Notes: generated by a model not told the origin, from the letters alone. 64,000 bases of DNA from Octopus vulgaris (GCA_951406725.2 OX597831.1:5704001-5768000), one strand, 5' to 3'. Counted from the stretch's first letter, positions 38,543-52,020 are shown. Program-made: numbers and translations.

Positions 38543-39742
38543 CAGGGGTTGGACAAAATAATGGAAACGCCTAGCATCATACCATCATAATTTTGAAATA
38601 TCTATAAAACCATGAAAAGCTTGTTTATTTTTATGTTTTTTTATATATTATTAGTGTTGCTTGATATGTTTTGCTAAAATTGCTGTTTATTTTCAGATAT
38701 CATCAGAAAAAGGTAATTAAAATTCATTAAAATGACAGATTTATCGGACTTTTAAAGAGGTCAAATTGTCGGTGCTCATATGGCAGGTGCTAGCGGAACA
38801 AAAACAGTCAAAATGTTTGGTGTATCTAGAAGTACTGTCTTGAAAGTAATGACGGCCTTTGAGGAAGAGGGAAAAACCTCCTCATCGAAACAAAACTCCG
38901 GAAGTAAACCAAATCTTTCAGATAGGGACCATCAGACTTTTACGCAAAGTGTTAGAAAGGATAACAAAAGTACAGCTCCCAAAATTACTGCAGAGCTTAA
39001 TGACCATCTCGAGAACACAGTTTCCACAAAAACTGTTCGCTGGGAGATGCACAAAGCCAGATTTCAAGGGAGAGCTGCAATCACAAACCCACTACTTTCA
39101 AAAACAAACATTGCAAAGCATTTAGAGTGGAGTAAAAACCTACAGAATTGGTCCCTAGAGCAATGGAAGAACCTTATTTTCTCGGACGAGTCATCCTTTA
39201 CTTTATTTCCAATCACTGGCCAAGTATACGCGTGGAGACAGCCAAAAGAAGCATTTGACCAAGACTGCCTTCTTCCAACTGTTAAACATGGAGGAGGATC
39301 TGTGATGATCTGGGTGGGGGTGGGGGGTATATCTTGGAAATCCACTGGCCCAACTGGCAGAAACGTTAGCACGCCGGGCGAAATGCTTAGTGGTATTTCG
39401 TCTGCCGTTAGGTTCTGAGTTCAAATTCCGCCGAGGTCGACTTTGCCTTTCATCCTTTCGGGGTCGATTAAATAGGTACCAGTTACGCACTGGGGTCGAT
39501 ATAATTGACTTAATCCGTTTGTCTGTCCTTGTTTGTCCTCTCTATGTTTAGCCCCTTGTGGGTAGTAAAGAAATAGGCCCAATGGTTTCCCTTCGTGGCA
39601 GAATTAATGGTGAAGACTATTTAAGCATTTTATCTGATCAAGTTCATCCTATGGTTGCGGAACTGTTTCCGGTGGGGAAACGCAGTCTTTCAGGATGATG
39701 ATGCACCAATTCACACAGCTAAAGTTATTACTGAATGGCTGG
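38543..39742 (+). mobile_element. Tc1-family transposon with transposase pseudogene, 3'-truncated and interrupted by a SINE
   Basis: Left end TA-caggggttggacaaaataatggaaac. The ATG at ~38732 is followed by an early TAA. HTH region, then WKNLIFSDESSF and PTVKHGGGSVMIW. After the SINE: GPMVSLRGRINGEDYLSIL, then a frameshifted VFQDDDAPIHTAK. Confidence 0.92.
39353..39577 (+). mobile_element. Family B SINE inserted in the Tc1 transposase
   Basis: ggcccaa duplicated on both sides; the transposase frame continues across it. Confidence 0.9.
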
Positions 39743-40402
39743 GTGCATCTTATGTGGCACCAACACCCACACAAGCCCACGAGATTAGGACTGCTCAGCC
39801 GGAAAAGGATGCAGGGGACATGCTTGTATGCAAGGGCAACCATGATTTATATAATATCAATGTACGCACTATCATATACTTAAAGGGGACACATTCGGTT
39901 ACTCCTTAGTTGAGTAAATGTAAGCTTATTTTCAATATGTAAAAAGTTCTTAATTAATTCTGGTGATTACTTTACTTTGGAGATTAGTACTGGATTAGTC
40001 AAAGATTAACCGATTAACTGATGCATGGATTAAACTCACCCCATCTGATTACCCTCTTTCCTCTCTCCCTTTCTCTCTCTCCTTCTCTCTCTCTTTATGA
40101 AGAAATATGTCTCAGTTATATAACTGAATTTACAGAGAGAAAAAGATTCAAAATTAGTCAAAGATTATCATAATATCACACTTTTCTATAGTTAATCAAT
40201 CAATTTGCTAATAGGTGCACGTGCGTGTGTGGGTGTGTATCTATCATCATCATCATCATGTCCGTTTTCCGTGCTGACCTGGGTTGGACGGTTCGACTGG
40301 GGTCTGGCAAGCCAGGAGGCTGCACCAGGCTCCAGTCTGATCCGGCAAAAGTTTCAACAGCTGGATGCCCTTCCTAATGCCAACCACTCTGAATGTGTAG
40401 AG

Positions 40403-40603
40403 CAGTGGTTTTCAACCAGGGTTCCGCCAGTACAGTCCAGGGATTCCGCAAGAAGTTACAAAACTGCTAAAATCGGCAGTAATTTTTAATTCTCCTGTGC
40501 AGATATGTGTGCATAAGACTATTAAATTATTGCACAGGGGTTCCTCGAGCCAATGGAATGTTTCCTTGGGGTTCCGCTCCAGCAAAATGTTTGAAAAGAA
40601 CTG
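40403..40603. mobile_element. hAT/Charlie-like MITE (201 bp) nested in a family D repeat
   Basis: TIRs cagtggttttcaa / ttgaaaagaactg; perfect 8-bp TSD gtgtagag at 40395-40402 and 40604-40611. Confidence 0.88.
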
Positions 40604-40912
40604 GTGTAGAGGGTGCTTTTTCCATGTCACTGGCACAGGGGCCAGAAGCCAGTCAAGACAGCGCTGGCATCAGACACGTTTGGCTGGTGCTTTTTACATG
40701 CCACTGGCACAGGGATTAAAACTACAATTTCCATTTGACTTTGGTTTTGATGTACTTGATTCAATAGGTCTCCTGAAGTACAGCCCTATGACCCAAGGTA
40801 CTTTTGAGTGAGCTGGTTATGTGACACTGGTGTAGGTTACAGCTGTGAACTCACTTCATTTGCCAGGTCTTATCAGTCACAGCATATCTCCGGAGGTCTC
40901 TCTCTCTCTCTC

Positions 40913-40946
<34 letters not shown>

Positions 40947-40950
<4 letters not shown>

Positions 40951-41229
40951 TGGATTTGGTAGTTGGAAACTGAAAGAAGCCCGTCATATATATGTCTATA
41001 TATATATATATGTATATATGTTTGTGTGTCTGTGTTTGTCCCCCTAACATCACTTGACAACCGATGCTGGTGTGTTTACCTCCCTGCAACTTAGCAGTTC
41101 AGCAAAAGTGACCGATAGAATAAGTACTGGGCTTACAAAAGAATAAGTCCCGGGGTCGATTTGCTCGACTAAAGGCAGTGCTCCAGCATGGCCGCAGTCA
41201 AATGACTGAAACAAATAAAAGAATAAAAG
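40947..41229 (+). mobile_element. SINE family A, 5'-truncated
   Basis: Body and tail colinear with 51027-51440. Confidence 0.88.
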
Positions 41230-41271
41230 GTCATATACGAATGTGTGTATACCTATTTGTATGTTCGAGTA

Positions 41272-41688
41272 TACTCTTTTCTCTTTACTCTTTTACTTGT
41301 TTCAGTCATTTGACTGCGGCCATGCTGGAGCACCGCCTTTAGTCGATCAAATCGACCCCGGGACTTATTCTTTGTAAGCCCAGTACTTATTCTATCAGTC
41401 TCTTTTGCCGAACCGCTAAGTGACGGGGACGTAAACACACCAGCATCGCTTGTCAAGCAATGCTAGGGGGACAAACACAGACACACAAACACACACACAC
41501 ATATATATATATATACATATATACGACAGGCTTCTTTCAGTTTCCGTCTACCAAATCCACTCACAAGGCATTGGTCAGCCCGGGGCTATAGCAGAAGACA
41601 CTTGCCCAAGATGCCACGCAGTGGGACTGAACCCGCAACCGTGTGGTTGGTTAGCAAGCTACTTACCACACAGCCACTCCTGTGCCTA
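41272..41688 (-). mobile_element. SINE family A, full length
   Basis: tRNA-like head, internal microsatellite and aaagagt tail. Confidence 0.9.
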
Positions 41689-43194
41689 TGTATGTATGTA
41701 TGTGTTTGATTTTATGAATGTATGTGTGTTTTCATGCTTGTGTTATCCACCACCACCACCACTACCATCATGGATCAGTTCTGTTATGTAAGTAAAAAGT
41801 ACATTGAGTGGACAGGGAAAGTCATCAGGTAGCAGGTTGAGATCTTCACCTGCTAGAAATAACAGCTCTCTTTAAAAAACCGAACAGTCATTAAATAGCG
41901 TGGTCCAAGTTTGCTTATACGAGAAGTGACAGCATTATAAATTTGCTGGGTGTTTCAGTGATTTGCAAATTCATGTTCTCTGCCTTCAGAGTTAGCCTCT
42001 CATTTGGTGACCATCACCATGGAACTTTTAGCCCCTTTATATTCCAGAATACAAGTCAGATTTTTCAGTAGTAGGTCAACTGATACACCAAGACAGCTTT
42101 GGAGGACTAAAACTTCCATGTGAAATGCAACATGGTTTGGTAAGATAGTGACGATGTTTGAATGTTTATGCTACATGTTTACATGGTGTTCACTTATATG
42201 CCAGAAAATATAGTGGCACATGAAAAGACATTCGAGCGAGGTTGTTGCCGGTGCCGCTGGACTGGCTCCTGTGCAGGTGGCACTGGCTCCTGTGCAGGTG
42301 GGACTGGCTCCTGTGCAGGTGGCACGTAAAAAACACCATTTGAGCATGGCCGTTGCCAGTACTGCCTGACTGGCCCTCATGTCGGTGGCACATAAAAAGC
42401 ACCAACTACACTCTCGGAGTGGTTGGCGTTAGGAAGGGCATCCAGCTGTAGAAACTCTGCCAGATCAGACTGGAGCCTGGTGCAGCCATCTGGTTCGCCA
42501 GTCCTCAGTAAAAATCGTCCAACCCATGCTAGCACAGAAAGCAGACGTAAAACGATGATGATGATGATGTGTGGTAAGAAGCTTGCTTCCCAACCACATG
42601 GTTCCAGGTTCAGTCCCATTGTATAACACCTTGGGCAAGTGTCTTCTACTATAGCGTCGGGCCGGCCAAAGCCATGTGAGCGGATTTATGGATTTGATAG
42701 ACAGAAACTGAAAGAAGCCCATTGTACATATGTATACATATGTGTGAGTGTGTGGTTATGTTTGTCCTTGTCCCCTGCCACTGTTTGATCACAAGCGTTG
42801 GTTGGTTTACATATCCATAACTTAGCAGCTTGGCAAAAGGGATCAACAGAATAAGTACCAAGTTTAAGCGCAAAAAATCTGCACTGGGGTTAATTTGCAC
42901 AGCTAAACTCTCCGAGGCGGTTCCCCAGCATGGCCCCGATCCAATGACGGAAACAAGCAAAAGACAAATGATAAAAACCAAATTGTATCTGCAACTAGGA
43001 TCAGAAGATTGGCAATCAGCGCAATGCGGTGGCGCCACGGGTCAATTCTGCTACAGAACAGATCAAATTATGGGAAACTAAGTACTGTCCAAGATCAATG
43101 GAAGCAGTAAATAAATTCCGAGGAGAACTAAACAGTCATGAATCAACAGAAAGTAAAATATTGATAAACGAGCAACAAGTATTTTACAGTACAA

Positions 43195-43409
43195 ACCACA
43201 CACACACACACATATGCGCACAGATACACACACACGCACACACACATATATATATACATACGCACACACACACACACACATGCACACACAAGTCGCTTTC
43301 TCACTTATAGGCATATGCAAATATGAAAGTGTATACATTTACATATATATATACATATATCACATACACGTGTGTACAGCTATAGCCATTCAGAAACGTG
43401 TAAGTGCAT

Positions 43410-43453
<44 letters not shown>

Positions 43454-43783
43454 ACATTCACACACAGATATAGATACACACACAAACACGAATGTGTAAA
43501 CACACACATATGCATATTGCACTCATACTTCATACACTCTCCGACAAACACACACACACATACACACACACACATGTAATTTACACACATACACAGATGT
43601 AGACATGCACAAACATGTATGTGTATGTGTACACACGTACACATTCACACACATAGACACACACACATCATACACACTCACAAGCACAGACACACACAAA
43701 GCAGTAATCAAACATACACAGATACAGGCACACACAAACGTGTATGTATAAACACACACACATACACACACACACAAACAAAC

Positions 43784-43838
<55 letters not shown>

Positions 43839-43850
43839 CACGCACACAGT
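43195..43850. repeat. (CA)n-rich degenerate microsatellite region
   Basis: Direct inspection. Confidence 0.9.
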
Positions 43851-44294
43851 TCACTGAATCCAATAATCAGTGCTGACATGATAGCTGTGGATTATATTAT
43901 CAATAAATCAACGGGGTTATAAATAGTTTGTAGTTTTACTATTTATAATGCGGCCCCAGGGTGGTAGGATTGTGAGTGATTAATGTTTACTGCTGACAGA
44001 TAGTATGTACTGTCACAACAACAACAACAACAACAACACCGATAAAACAAAAATGGCACCGAATGAAAGAGAGAGATAAGACAGGAAGAGAGTAGGGCAG
44101 GAAACAATAAAATGTGTCGAGTTATTTTTGTATTTGGGAAAAGTTCTTTGCGGAAAGGTTTTCCATGCACTGTTATGGCTTTTTTTTTAACCCTAGGAAT
44201 GGTTCTCAAAGTGAAATGGCAGCAACATATGACAAATGAGTACTTTTATGGAGACCTAGCAAGAAGATCAGGTAATGACGGCTGTGACTGTCTG

Positions 44295-44980
44295 GTTGTT
44301 GTGTGCACCCCCCTGGACCAGAAGCATCCAAATTGGTCTTGTTTGTTCCTTCTCGAGCCATGCCTGGCTCATAAGGGCTGGTTTCCCGGTTTCCTTGGCG
44401 TATAGGTTCCCCACCTGGATGGGACGCCGGTCCGTTGCAGGTGAGCTGCAAGATACAGGAGGAGAGAGTGTGAGAAAGTTGTGGTGAAAGAGTCAGCAGA
44501 AGTATCGCCATTACCTTCTGCCGGAGCCGGGTGGAGCTTAGGTGTTTTGCTCATAAACACACACATCGCCCGGTCTGAAATTTGAACCCGCAATCCCTTG
44601 ACCGTGAGTCCGCTGCTCTAACCACTAGGCCATGTGCCTCCACAAATTAGTCTTGTGGAGCTTGCTTAAGTGTGTGATCACCGTGACCGACCAGGCTATC
44701 AGATGTTGCTACACATCGCTGGTCACAATGCGCTTCGCATTGTTTTAGCCTTCAAATGACGCCACCCCACTGGCTAAGTGAGCAGGCCAACAAAAGAAAG
44801 AGTGGGAGAAAGTTGTGGTGAAAGAATACAGCAGGGATCGCCACCAACCCCTGTCAGAGCCTCATGGAGCTTTAGGTGTTTTCGCTCAATAAACACTCAC
44901 AACGCCCGGTCTGGGAATCGAAACCGCAATCCTACAACCGCGAGTCCGCTGCCCTAACCACTGGACCATTGCGCCTCCAC
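44295..44980 (-). mobile_element. Two family C-related SINEs in tandem (44295-44643 and 44686-44980) with different 3' halves
   Basis: Both end in the reverse-complemented head ctaaccact...gcctccac. Confidence 0.8.
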
Positions 44981-45232
44981 AAGTGTGATGTAAAAAAGAG
45001 GAATTGCAGACACTGGCCTGAAATATGTCCAAGACCTTGAGACCAAAAGATGCAGAGAGCAAGATGAGGCGAGTAAGACACCTTGGTCATCTGCTTCACA
45101 CATCTCCATCCCCAATTGTCTTGATCTGGTCTTGCCACTGGATAGAAGACTGTCACAGATGACTGAATGAGGTTGACAATGCACAACTCTTCTTCACTTT
45201 AAACAAAGTCATTGAACAAGTCATCAGTCATC

Positions 45233-45617
45233 TGGAGGTGCAATGGCCCAGTGGTTAGGGCAGCGGACACGCGGTCATAGGATCGCGGTTTCGATTCCCA
45301 GACCGGGCGTTGTGAGTGTTTATTGAGCGAAAACACCTAAAAGCTCCACGAGGCTCCGGCAGGGGATGGTGGTGATCCCTGCTGTACTCTTTCGCCACAA
45401 CTTTCTCTCACTCTTACTTCCTGTTTCTGTTGTACCTGTATTTTCAAAAGGCCGGCCTTGTCACTCTCTGTGTCACGCTGAATATCCCCGAGAACTACGT
45501 TAAGGGTGCACATGTCTGTGGAGTGCTCAGCCACTTACACGTTAATTTCACAAGCAGGCTGTTCCGTTGATTCGGATCAACCGGAACCCTCATCGTCGTA
45601 ACCGACGGAGTGCTTCC
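45233..45617 (+). mobile_element. Full-length SINE family C with TSD
   Basis: TSD catcagtcatct / catcagccatct; paralogous empty site at ~50420-50432. Confidence 0.92.
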
Positions 45618-45896
45618 CCCATCAGCCATCTTAGAATGACTAGATGGTCTTCATCACTCAGACACCTGAACGAGTACAAATGTACAGCAGAGGTGGAATA
45701 TCATTTCAGTATTTCAGCTGCTGTCTTGGCTGAGTCTTTGTTTTTGCAAAGGTAGCTGATGGTGCCACAGCTATTCCCCAATCTTCATTAAGAGGCTTTT
45801 ACCTGAAATTTTATGTGGTGTTTGTTTGAATAGCTGCTTTGATGGCAATTTGATATCACTCCTATCATTTATAACCCTTTAGCATTCAAATTATTC

Positions 45897-46585
45897 TTAT
45901 TTCTTTATTGCCCACAAGGGGCTAAACACAGAGGAGACAAACAAGGACAGCAGACAAAGGGATTAAGTCGATTACATCGATGCTAGTGCGAAACTGGTAC
46001 TTAATTTATTGACCCCGAAAGGATGAAAGGTAAAGTCGACCTCGGCGGAATATGAACTCAGAACGTAGGGGCAGACGAATTACTGCTAAGCATTTCACCC
46101 GGCGTGCTAATGTGCAAAGTCGACCTCGGTGGAATTTGAACTCAAAATGTAACAGAAGATGAAATACCTATTTCTTTACTACCCATAAGGGGCTAAACAC
46201 AGAGAGGACAAACAAGGACAGACAAACAGATTAAGTCGATTATATCGACCCCAGTGCATAACTGGTACTTATTTAATCGACCCCGAAAGGATGAAAGGCA
46301 AAGTCGACCTCAGCGGAATTTGAACTCAGAATGTAACAGAAGATGAAATACCTATTTCTTTACTACCCATAAGGGGCTAAACACAGAGAGGACAAACAAG
46401 GACAGACAAACAGATTAAGTCGATTATATCGACCCCAGTGCATAACTGGTACTTATTTAATTGACCCTGAAAGGATGAAAGGCAAAGTCGACCTTGGCGG
46501 AATTTGAACTCAGAATGTAGCGGCAGACAAAATACCGCTAAGCATTTCGTCCGGCGTGCTATCGATTCTGCCAGCTCACCGCCTT
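45897..46585 (-). mobile_element. Family B SINE concatemer nested in a piggyBac-like MITE (~45875-46777)
   Basis: Junction gaaatacctatttc at 46161 and 46345; agcattcaaattattc duplicated on both sides. Confidence 0.85.
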
Positions 46586-47249
46586 AGCAGCATTCAAATT
46601 ATTCAGTCAAATGTAATGCTTTTTCATTCGCATTGTTTTTAATTAACCGAGCAATCTCTCACAGCTTGGAAATTTTGATGATGTGACTATATTTTTATAA
46701 TGGCATTGTAGGTAGGTGTGATAAGCTGGATCTGGCTGGTCCTAACATAAAACGCGTAGCCCAAATGCTACAGGATTAAAACAGATTTATTATTTTGCTC
46801 TCTATCTTGGATTAGATCCTGTTGTAAAGAAACACTGGTTTTTACAAAATTCCCCCAACTAATTTTCATCTCCTACACTCCATACAATCATGCAATCTCT
46901 AGCCATCAACCAACTTCTATTCAACTCATGCCTTGAGGAGCCACCTGCACACCTCATCTCCCTTATTTGTCTCTTTCTAACTCTTACTTACCATTCACTC
47001 CCTCTCTTCTAAATGTGAGAAGCCATACAGTCCCTCTACAAGACCCTGCTCTTGTCACTCCCTCACCTCTCTCATACTTTAACCTCTAATTCTCCTAGCT
47101 TAAAGCCAACCCTCTTGCTCACCCTGGGTTTCATAGTTTTATGAGCTGTCTAGTGACCTCAACAGTGAAGGTGGCACAGAAAAAGGACCCAGTACATGCT
47201 GTAAGGCATCTTGGTCATCTACTGCACACATCTCCATCCCCAATTCATC

Positions 47250-47365
47250 ACCGGCCTGACATGGGAAGCTGCCAAGAAACACGCCAATGACCGCAAAAAG
47301 TGGAAAACAACTGTTGAGGCCCCTATGCTCCACAAGGGGCAAAAGGGATTAAGAAGAAGAGAAGG
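47250..47365 (+). mobile_element. RTE-clade LINE extreme 3' end
   Basis: GLTWEAAKKHANDRKKWKTTVEA followed by an (aag)n tail. Confidence 0.6.
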
Positions 47366-47537
47366 ACATGCTGTAAAGCAGTTGGCATTGGGTAAAGCAT
47401 TCAGCAGTAAAAATTTTAGAAGCTGGAGTACGATGCAGTCCTCAGACCCATCAGATCCTGTCAAACCATCCAACCAATGCCAGCAAGGAACGTGAATGTC
47501 AAATGATGGTGATGTGTTTAATCTAAAAATTCTGTTA

Positions 47538-47943
47538 TACTCTTTACTCTTTTTACTCTTTTACTTGTTTCAGTCATTTGACTGCGGCCATGCTGGAGCT
47601 CCGCCTTCGACCCCAGGACTTATTCTTTGGAAGCCTAGTACTTATTCTATCAGTATTTTTTGCTGAACCACTAAGTTACAGGGATGTAAACACACCATCA
47701 TCGGTTGTCAAACGATGCTGGGGGGACAAACACAGACACTCAAACATATACACACACACACATATATATACATATATACGACAGGCTTCTTTCAGTTTCC
47801 GTCTACCAAATCCACTCACAAGGCTTTGGTTGGCCCAAGGCTATAGTAGAAGACACTTGCCCAAGGTGCCACACAGTGGGAATGAACCAAGAACCATGTG
47901 GTTGGTAAGCAAGCTACTTACCACACAGCCACTCCTGCGCCTA
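47538..47943 (-). mobile_element. SINE family A, full length
   Basis: Colinear with 41272-41688. Confidence 0.88.
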
Positions 47944-48749
47944 TGTTAAAAAAAATGTTTAAAATGACCTCTTTCAGTTATAAATGACCATGGGATTGCA
48001 CCTAGAAAGTTACCCTCTGAGGCACAAGTCTGGGCAAGGTTGTATATGGAAGACCAGCAGTCGCCCATGCATACCGGCCTCCCCTCTCCACACCAATGAT
48101 GTTATCCAAGGGAAAGGCAAAGGCCGATACAGCTTGGCACCAGTGATGTTGCAATTCATTTCTACAGCTGAGTGAACTGGAACAATGTGAAATAAAGTGT
48201 CTTGCTCAAGAACACAACCCACAGCCCAGTCCAGGAATAGAACTCACTAACTCATGATTGTTATCTGTTATGTTGGAAGGGAAACAAAATTAGCTTTAAC
48301 AATATAAAAGCAATATAATTTCAAATATTTGTCTCTGTGTGTGTTATTGTTGCTGTTGTTGTGATTGTTATCACCATCTTTAAAATTATTATTTTTAGAA
48401 TGTTCAAAATATTTTTTCTTCTATTCATTAAAAATATTCATTATTTTCTTTTTTTTTGTTCACTGTGCTTTAGTTTTTCTTGCTGTCTTTTTCATCCTGT
48501 TTGCCGTTGCAATATTTTGCTTTGTACAATGGGCATATTTGTCAGATATTTTAAATGCGAACAAAGTCTATAAAAACAAACCCTTTGGCGTCCACCCCTA
48601 GGTATCAGAGCAGGTCAGCCTGGGGGGAATTAAAATCCACTTTGGCAAGTGCTTCAAAGAAATTTTAGCTGTGTCTTTGAGAGAGAATTAAAAAAATAAA
48701 GACACTTTCATGCAATGAGAGTCAATGACACTACGACTAACTGTTTCTA

Positions 48750-49178
48750 GCACTGGAAGAGGTGGGGTTTTGATAATTACATCAACCCCAGTACCTAACT
48801 GGTATTTCATTTTATCGACCCCAAAAGTATGAAGGTTGTAGATCTTGGCATCATCTGAGCTCAGACCATAAAGAGCTAGAACAAATAATACAAAGTATTT
48901 TGTCCAATGCTCGACTGATCTTGTCAGTCCATCACCCAAATAATAATAATAATAATAATAATCATCTTTTCTGCTGTAGGCACAAGGCCTGGAATTTGGG
49001 GTAAAGAGGGCTAGTCAATTACATCAGCCCCAGTGAATAACCAGCACTTATTTCATTGACCCCACAAGGAAGAAAGGCGAAGTTGACCTCAGCAAAGTTT
49101 GAAATCAGATTATAAGGATGGACAAAATGTGGTGAAGCATTTTGCCTGGGATGCTAACAATTCTGCCAGCTTGCTGCC

Positions 49179-49225
<47 letters not shown>

Positions 49226-49440
49226 TCTTTCTACTTTAGGCACAAGGCCTGAAATTTTAGGGGAAGGGATAAGTTGATTACATCAACCCCAGTACTCAAC
49301 TGGTACTTATTTTATCAACCCCGAAAGGATGAAAGGCATAGTCGACCTTGGTGGAATTTGAACTCAGAATCTAAGGACAGATGAAATGTTGCAAAGCATT
49401 TTGCCCAGCATGCCAACAATTCTGCCAGCTTGCTGCCCAA
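48750..49440 (-). mobile_element. Three family B SINEs separated by (AAT)n
   Basis: Repeated core and head. Confidence 0.8.
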
Positions 49441-50177
49441 ATAATAACAATAATCTCTTGGTTCCAAGATACTAAATAATAATAATGATAATAATAGTCT
49501 CAAGGTTCCAAGTTTCAGAGGACCATACAAGAAGGTAATCAACCAATTTACAAAAAAAAAAAAAAGAAAATATAAAAAGAAAATTTCAACAATAAATGTT
49601 CTCTAATGGTGAGGAAGACCACCTTGGTTTATTTTAAGGGAACCCCTCTCAAAATCCTAGGTTACTCTTCTACACCCAAGACATCCTGTGCTCCTTCCTA
49701 GTTTCATTCCACCTACACAGACCTACTCAACCTCACCCGTCTTGCTACTCTGCTCCATGTTTTGTCAAACAATACAAAGTATCACCTATCTTCCCCCAAA
49801 CACCACCACCTACACCTTCTTCTTTGTGTGGCACTTGAAGAAGTTGATGAGAACTTGACCAAATAGAAAGATACCCATCTTTAAACTTTTCAGACATGTT
49901 TATCACACAACCTCTTTCGTGACAGCTACTCTTTCCTGACAAAGAAATGTAAGCAAGTTCATTTTTTACAGTAGACTTGGCAGACAACTGAACTCGTCAT
50001 ATATTCAAAAATAGCTTCTTTGGTGCAAGCCTACATAATCCACAGACACTGAAAAATAGAGCACAAGGCAGTTTCATACCTTGCATCCATCACAGACAGG
50101 TTCAGCTGTTGGCAGTTCCATGCCTGTTATTTTGTTATTTTATGAGGTTGACAGTGCACAACGCTTCTTCACTTTAA

Positions 50178-50398
50178 CCCTTTCGTTACTGTATTTATTT
50201 TGAGATGCTCTGTGTTTCTTCCAATTATTTTAAATATAACAAAGAATTTAGTAAAATAAATTAGTTATCATTGAGCTAGTGTTAGGAACATAAATTGTGA
50301 CTAAGATTTAGTGGAAGATTTGAATTCAAAACTTATGAAAACAAGACATTTGTACTACAGAGCCAGAGTTGGTTTCAGCTGGGTTGGTAACAAAAGGG
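50178..50398. mobile_element. piggyBac-like MITE (221 bp) with TTAA TSD
   Basis: TTAA-ccctttcgttac ... gtaacaaaaggg-TTAA; empty paralogous site at ~45198; inverted copy at 52998-53218. Confidence 0.92.
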
Positions 50399-51026
50399 TT
50401 AAACAAAGTCACTGAACAAATCATCAGTCATCTTAGGATGACTAGATGGTCTTCATCTCTCAGTCAGTTGAAATACAAATGTACAGTAGAGGTGGAATAT
50501 TATTTAAGTATTTCAGCTGCTGTCTTGGCTGAGTCTTTGTTTTTGCAAATGTAGCAGATGTAACATTATTCTGCCAAGGATTTTTTGGAATATGTCCAAA
50601 GTCCTCAATTTAAAATTCTTCCACAAGAGACTGTTTGGATTGTTCTTGTCAATGCCAACATAGGATTCCTCCACCCCCACCCCACCCCAGCCATTGTCAC
50701 TCACACTTTCCACTAAACCTCAATAGAAATCAAGAGGTGTTTTCTTGCTGATGGAATACTGTGAGAGTATAGCAACATGTTGGATGCTGAAGGTTCGACC
50801 TTCGTCTATGCTTCACCTATGAGCTGCAATAAAACATATGGCACGAAAGATACTCATACCAGTTTGCTCTCATTTTCATTACCACCATCATCACCACCAC
50901 AGGAGTTCAGGTATTTCTGTAGGTGCAACAGCTTTAGTGCATGCCAGTGCATTCTCAGTGACTGTACTTCCAAGATTACAGAGTAGGTGCTGGCACTGAC
51001 AGATTTTTTTTTTGATCAGTATAGGC

Positions 51027-51440
51027 TAGGCGTAGGAGTGGCTGTGTGGTAAGTAGCTTGCTTACGAACAACATGGTTCTGGGTTCAGTCCCACTGCATG
51101 GCACCTTAGGCAAGTGTCTTCTACTATGGCCTCGGGCCGACCAAAGCCTTGTGAGTGGATTTGGTGGATGGAAACGGAAAGAAGCTCATCGTATATATGT
51201 ATATATATATATGTATGTGTGTGTATATGTTTGTGTGTCTGTGTTCGTCCCCCCAACATCACTTGACAACCGATGATGGTGTGTTTACATCCCCGTAACT
51301 TAGTGCTTCGGCAAAAGAGACCTATAGAATAAGTACTAGGCTTACAAAGAATAAGTCCTGGGGTCGATTTGCTAGACTAAAGGTGGTGCTCCAGCATGGC
51401 CACAGTCAAATTACTGAAACAAGTAAAAGAATAAAAGAGT
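51027..51440 (+). mobile_element. SINE family A, full length
   Basis: Head ggagtggctgtgtggtaagtagc...gggttcagtccc, internal (TA/TG)n, tail ctgaaacaagtaaaaga. Confidence 0.9.
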
Positions 51441-51786
51441 AGAACCCGTCCTTTCCATTTAGGAATGGTAAAAACATGCACTTCCATCTAGTCAAATGTT
51501 TCTTGGGACAAGGTACAACAGTCAGATGGCAAACTGGCAATGTAAGCATTAATAACTTCCTCTTGATCTTACAGGGCTAAAGCATGAGAAAAGGGACCAA
51601 AGCAGGACAGGTTTCTCGCTGTAGAGGCGCTTCCTGGTTACTCACAGGAAGAGAGGGTAAAAGGGATCAGGGTGGAGCTAGGAAGAGATACAAATAGTAG
51701 AGATGAGATGTTTGCATGAACCCTCAAGATACATGGTGAGTATAAGTGGGGATAGAAAAACTAGAAGTGTGATAGAAAAACTAGAA

Positions 51787-52020
51787 TGGCGGTGAGTTGG
51801 CAGAAACATTAGCACACTGGGTGAAATGCTTAGCAGTATTTCATCTGCCATTACGTTCTGAGTTCAAATTCCGCTGAGGACAACTTTGCCTTTTATCCTT
51901 TCAGAGTCAATAAATTAAGTACCAGTTATGCACTGTCGTCGATGTAATCGACTTAATCCGTTTGACTGTCTTTGTTTGTCTCCTCTATGTTTAGCCCCCT
52001 TGTGGGTAATAAAGAAGTAA
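51787..52020 (+). mobile_element. Family B SINE with TSD agaaaaactag
   Basis: Full head and body; flanking duplication. Confidence 0.85.

Noticed and set aside
38780-39418. Functional 212-aa Tc1 transposase
   Set aside because: Early stop after the likely true ATG, SINE insertion, frameshift, and missing C-terminus and right TIR.
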